NCBI GenBank assembly: GCA_036679605.1
Contig: JAZDCZ010000407.1
Location: 64,001-128,000, forward strand
Source: Gemmatimonadota bacterium
GTDB lineage: Bacteria; Gemmatimonadota; Gemmatimonadetes; Gemmatimonadales; GWC2-71-9
Length of the DNA: 64,000 bases
Direction: 5' to 3'
Under the pieces are notes generated by a model that saw nothing but the letters and a program-made list of their open reading frames with translations, was not told where the DNA came from and searched no databases. Position numbers and translations under genes: made by a program. Positions 60,616 to 64,000 of the stretch are shown here, one piece after another (within the stretch, counting starts at the first letter, position 1; each line of letters opens with the position of its first letter).

Positions 60616-61203
60616 ATGAGGAAAACCGCAATCGCAATCGCAATCGTGTTCGTCTTTAGCACAGTAGCACAGGCTCAGACGCGAACCATAAAGCCACCGC
60701 CGAAGGCTGTCAGGAAGACTCCAGCCAAATCCGGCAAGGCTCGCGTACGGATTCATCTAAACCGCAGCAACAGCGGCCAAACTCACGACAGCAATGGTAG
60801 TCGTCAGATTCACGGCAACGGAAGCCGTTACAACGGAAGCCGTTACGACAGCGGAAGTCGTTACAACAACGGAAGCCGTTACGACAGCGGAAGTCGTTAC
60901 AACAACGGAAGCCGTTACGACAGCGGAAGTCGTTACAACAACGACAGCGGAAGTTACGACAGTGGAAGTCGTTACAACAGCGAAAGTGGAAGCCATAGTC
61001 ATCAATATAATGAATGGATTCCTGCGGTTTACGGTTACCGCAATGTTGAAGTTTGGGTAGTGCCTGTCTACTACGGGGAAATACTCGTCCATGAGGGTTA
61101 TTATGAGAGCAGGAAAGTTAGTTATGTCGTGTATGAAGGTTATTGGCAAACGCAATCCTCGTGTCTATTGTGTGGACACATCCGCGTCAGGATTGGACAC
61201 TAG
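60616..61203 (+). CDS. Secreted protein with SRYDSG/SRYNNG repeats
   Basis: Signal peptide, AAGGAG RBS, WxP/GYY/GYW tail. Confidence 0.7.
   Translation: MRKTAIAIAIVFVFSTVAQAQTRTIKPPPKAVRKTPAKSGKARVRIHLNRSNSGQTHDSNGSRQIHGNGSRYNGSRYDSGSRYNNGSRYDSGSRYNNGSRYDSGSRYNNDSGSYDSGSRYNSESGSHSHQYNEWIPAVYGYRNVEVWVVPVYYGEILVHEGYYESRKVSYVVYEGYWQTQSSCLLCGHIRVRIGH
60832..60939 (+). repeat. 36-bp coding tandem repeat x3
   Basis: AACGGAAGCCGTTACGACAGCGGAAGTCGTTACAAC. Confidence 0.85.
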
Positions 61204-61212
61204 GTCCGCTGG

Positions 61213-61857
61213 GTGCGAATGATACCGGATGTGTTGAAAACATTGGACAGTGGCTTCATTGATTTGATGAATCTGCGCGGAGCATCCATCGGCTGTCGTG
61301 TGGCTGTGGTGGTTGGGAGCAACGCCTGCGGCAAATCCCTACTGCGCCGAGCGATCGTTCAGAAGTTGCATTACGACGAAGGCTTGTTTGTGGCCCATTT
61401 CTCGCAGGAGGCGAGATCCAAAGGTGGGTTACAGAGAGTTTTTGTGTACGGATCTGAGGATGACGAATCGACGGGTTATCTCACCATTAGTTCCCTTCTC
61501 AAGAACTTTCAGCAGGATCGGGACAAGCCATGGGTCACAGTGTGTGACGAGCCGGAGATCGGACTTAGCGAGGAGTCGCAAATTGGACTCGGAGGCTGGC
61601 TCCGCGACAGAATGTCGAATGGAATGCCAAATCTGCTTGGTATGGTGGTCGTCACTCACAGCCGCCATGTCGTGTCGGCTCTCTCGCAGTGTGACGGGTT
61701 TCGGCTGCTAGACTTGGACGGAAAGTGCAATACGGCGGAGGAATGGCTGAACCGCGACATTGTCTCTGTATCGCCGCAGCAGCTTAAGGATAAAGGCATG
61801 GCTCGGTGGCATGAGTTCTCCGGTTACTTCAAGAGGCGGGAGGACAAGAATGGGTAG
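61213..61857 (+). CDS. ABC-type ATPase
   Basis: GSNACGKS, DEPEIGL, VTH. Confidence 0.75.
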   Translation: MRMIPDVLKTLDSGFIDLMNLRGASIGCRVAVVVGSNACGKSLLRRAIVQKLHYDEGLFVAHFSQEARSKGGLQRVFVYGSEDDESTGYLTISSLLKNFQQDRDKPWVTVCDEPEIGLSEESQIGLGGWLRDRMSNGMPNLLGMVVVTHSRHVVSALSQCDGFRLLDLDGKCNTAEEWLNRDIVSVSPQQLKDKGMARWHEFSGYFKRREDKNG

Positions 61858-63478
61858 GGATGCGGAATCGATGGCAGCCACGCAGCGATCCATTTCCGTG
61901 TCTGAGTTCTTTGCCAAGAATCGACATCTGCTCGGTTTTGATAACAAACGCAAGGCCCTGCTCACCACCGTCAAAGAAGCTGTGGACAACAGCCTTGATG
62001 CCTGTGAGGAGGCCGGAATACTTCCTGAGATACATGTGTCCCTCGCACAGGTCGGTGACGACCGTTGGCGCGTGTCTGTACGGGATAATGGCCCAGGCAT
62101 ACCAAGGGAACAGTTACCGCAGGTGTTCGGTAAGCTGCTATACGGTTCCAAATTCCACCGACTCAAGATGTCCCGTGGGCAGCAAGGTATCGGCATTTCG
62201 GCTGCTGGGATGTACGGCCTAATAACCACAGGAAAGCCTGTCCGGGTCGTCAGCCGCACGGACATCTCCGATCCAGGTTGCGAAATGATGCTGGCGATCA
62301 ACACGAACCGAAACTTACCAGAGGTTATCTCCGACGCCCCAGCGTCCGTTCCATGGGGGAGGGGTACGTATATTGAGATTGAGATGTCGGCGTCATACGC
62401 TCGTGGAAGGCTTTCGGTGGATGAATATATCGAGTTGACGGCGATGGCTAATCCGCACGCCGAGATATATTATAGACCGCCGTCGGGCCTAGTCATATTT
62501 CGCCGCGCAATGGAAACCATGCCCGCCGAGACGAGGGAAATCAAGCCGCACCCGCATGGTGTTGAGTTGGGTACCATGCTGAGGATGCTGAAGGACACAA
62601 AGGCGCGGACGGTTTCGATGTTCCTGCGCGGGGAGTTCTGTCGCGTGAGCGAATCCATCGCCACCAAAGTGTGTAGAGAGGCAAAAGTTGGTGCTGCCCG
62701 CGCGGTACGATCCGTTAAATCGTCCGACGCGGAGAGACTGCATTGCGCGCTCCAGACCGCCAAGATCATGTCCCCACCGACTGATTGCCTCTCGCCTATC
62801 GGTGCAGAGGCTCTTTTGGCTGGATTACTGAAAGGCGTGAGAGCTGAGTTTTACACCGCAGTCTCGCGCCCCCCTGCCGTCTATAGAGGGAATCCATTCC
62901 AGATAGAGGTTGCACTTGCGTGGGGCGGGGATATTGGCAATGTGGAGGGAAACAAATCCAAACTCATCAGGTTCGCGAATAGGGTGCCGTTGCTCCACCA
63001 GCCTGGATCGTGTTGTATGCACAAGTCCGCTGCGGAGGTGCGATGGGGAGGGTATGGGCTCTCTCAGTCGAAGGGCTTGCTACCGTCCGCGCCATTGGTG
63101 ATGTTAGTACACATGGCGTCCGTGTGGGTGCCGTATATGAGCGAGGGCAAGGAAGCGATCGCTGACTATGATGAGATACATAAGGAGATCAAACTCGCCC
63201 TTGCCGAGGTTGGTCGCCGATTGGCTAGACTCGTCAAACGGAAGAAAAGGCGGAAGCATCATCAGAACCGGAGGGATGTGTTTGACAGGTACATTGGTGA
63301 GGTGGCTGACGCCGTCTGTTCTCTTCGGCCCAGCACAGATAACGCCAAGTTGCGGTCAAACCTGCAGGCCATCGCGAAGACGCACACCGCCCGCGCCGAC
63401 GAGCAGTATGATGACCATGGCAAAGTGGTCCGGGCGTACGATCTTCCGGACACGATTATCATTGAGGAACCCAGCTAG
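61850..63478 (+). CDS. top6B: DNA topoisomerase VI subunit B
   Basis: SVSEFFAKNRHLLGFD, EAVDNSLDA, DNGPG, SRGQQGIG, RFANRVPLL. Confidence 0.95.
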   Translation: MGRDAESMAATQRSISVSEFFAKNRHLLGFDNKRKALLTTVKEAVDNSLDACEEAGILPEIHVSLAQVGDDRWRVSVRDNGPGIPREQLPQVFGKLLYGSKFHRLKMSRGQQGIGISAAGMYGLITTGKPVRVVSRTDISDPGCEMMLAINTNRNLPEVISDAPASVPWGRGTYIEIEMSASYARGRLSVDEYIELTAMANPHAEIYYRPPSGLVIFRRAMETMPAETREIKPHPHGVELGTMLRMLKDTKARTVSMFLRGEFCRVSESIATKVCREAKVGAARAVRSVKSSDAERLHCALQTAKIMSPPTDCLSPIGAEALLAGLLKGVRAEFYTAVSRPPAVYRGNPFQIEVALAWGGDIGNVEGNKSKLIRFANRVPLLHQPGSCCMHKSAAEVRWGGYGLSQSKGLLPSAPLVMLVHMASVWVPYMSEGKEAIADYDEIHKEIKLALAEVGRRLARLVKRKKRRKHHQNRRDVFDRYIGEVADAVCSLRPSTDNAKLRSNLQAIAKTHTARADEQYDDHGKVVRAYDLPDTIIIEEPS

Positions 63479-63483
63479 AATCA

Positions 63484-63551
63484 AAAGGAGGGATGCGGGG
63501 GTTCGCTTTCCTCCACTGGCACGAGGCTAGTGGTGTCCCCGCTCACACTTT
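63484..63551 (-). mobile_element. Solo IS200/IS605-type left end
   Basis: Close match to 3551-3613, with hairpin CCACTGGCACGAGGCTAGTGG; abuts ATGAA. Confidence 0.65.
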
Positions 63552-64000
63552 ATGAAAAATCCATTCAGAATTATCGCGTCGTGGTTTTGGAGTGGAACAT
63601 CCAAGAACGCACACGCGAGAAGGTGGAGACGATACAGGAATTGCGAGACAAAGGATTCTTAGTTCAGGAACACACTGGACCAGGCCTAGGCACTGGCGCC
63701 CGCGAGGGCGCATCCTTGGACTGGGACATCGCGACGGCTGAAACAATGGCCGATGCAAATGATAAGCTGAGCGTGCAGAAGATGGCATGGCTTGAGAGAG
63801 GAGCACATCACATGGGTTCATCGACCACCCCATTGTTACCGTCGTTATCGACCGCGAGGCTGTCTGGGTGCGAAAGGCTCATGCACGCCACCGAGTGCGA
63901 GTGGATCGAGCCGATGGTAAGGGATGGACTTATCCGCCCGAAGATCGAATCCGGCCACAGGATGATACTGGAGATTGTGCCGTTAGAGGTGGTCGTCTCG

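Noticed and set aside
60832..60939. Possible CRISPR array
   Set aside because: In-frame tandem repeats without unique spacers; no cas genes seen.
63552..64000. Coding potential at the window end
   Set aside because: Only short ORFs without recognisable motifs.

Overview
Gene-dense 64-kb segment that reads like a jumbo phage or other large extrachromosomal element; a Planctomycetota-like host is an inference. No capsid, terminase or replicase gene is visible in the window. It carries a scattered set of host-type genes (DHS-like and SpeD-like polyamine enzymes, Dcm and Dam-type methylases, upp, cytosine deaminase, SppA, FtsH, M16 peptidase, RNase E/G, bS21, DnaJ, NusG, glutamine synthetase, MgtC, MlaF-MlaE fusion, topoisomerase VI B). 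It also has glycosyltransferases and a 1244-aa collagen-like fibre with downstream putative structural genes. An RNA-repair set is present: Pnkp-Rnl1 fusion, second kinase, cyclic-phosphate receiver domain, Ro60 with Y-RNA-like genes. Main finding: a five-tRNA array (Glu, Ala, Ala, Gln, Glu) sits behind a promoter, a 21-aa leader peptide whose core codons match those tRNAs, and a terminator/antiterminator pair, i.e. an apparent ribosome-stalling attenuator that would switch on replacement tRNAs when host tRNAs are depleted. Other highlights: C33 tRNAs, a ~165-nt tRNA-like RNA, two ESCRT-III/Snf7-like genes plus a MIT-AAA Vps4-like ATPase, and decayed IS200/IS605-tnpB elements inserted at ATGAA start codons. 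All calls come from reading motifs by eye; no searches were run.
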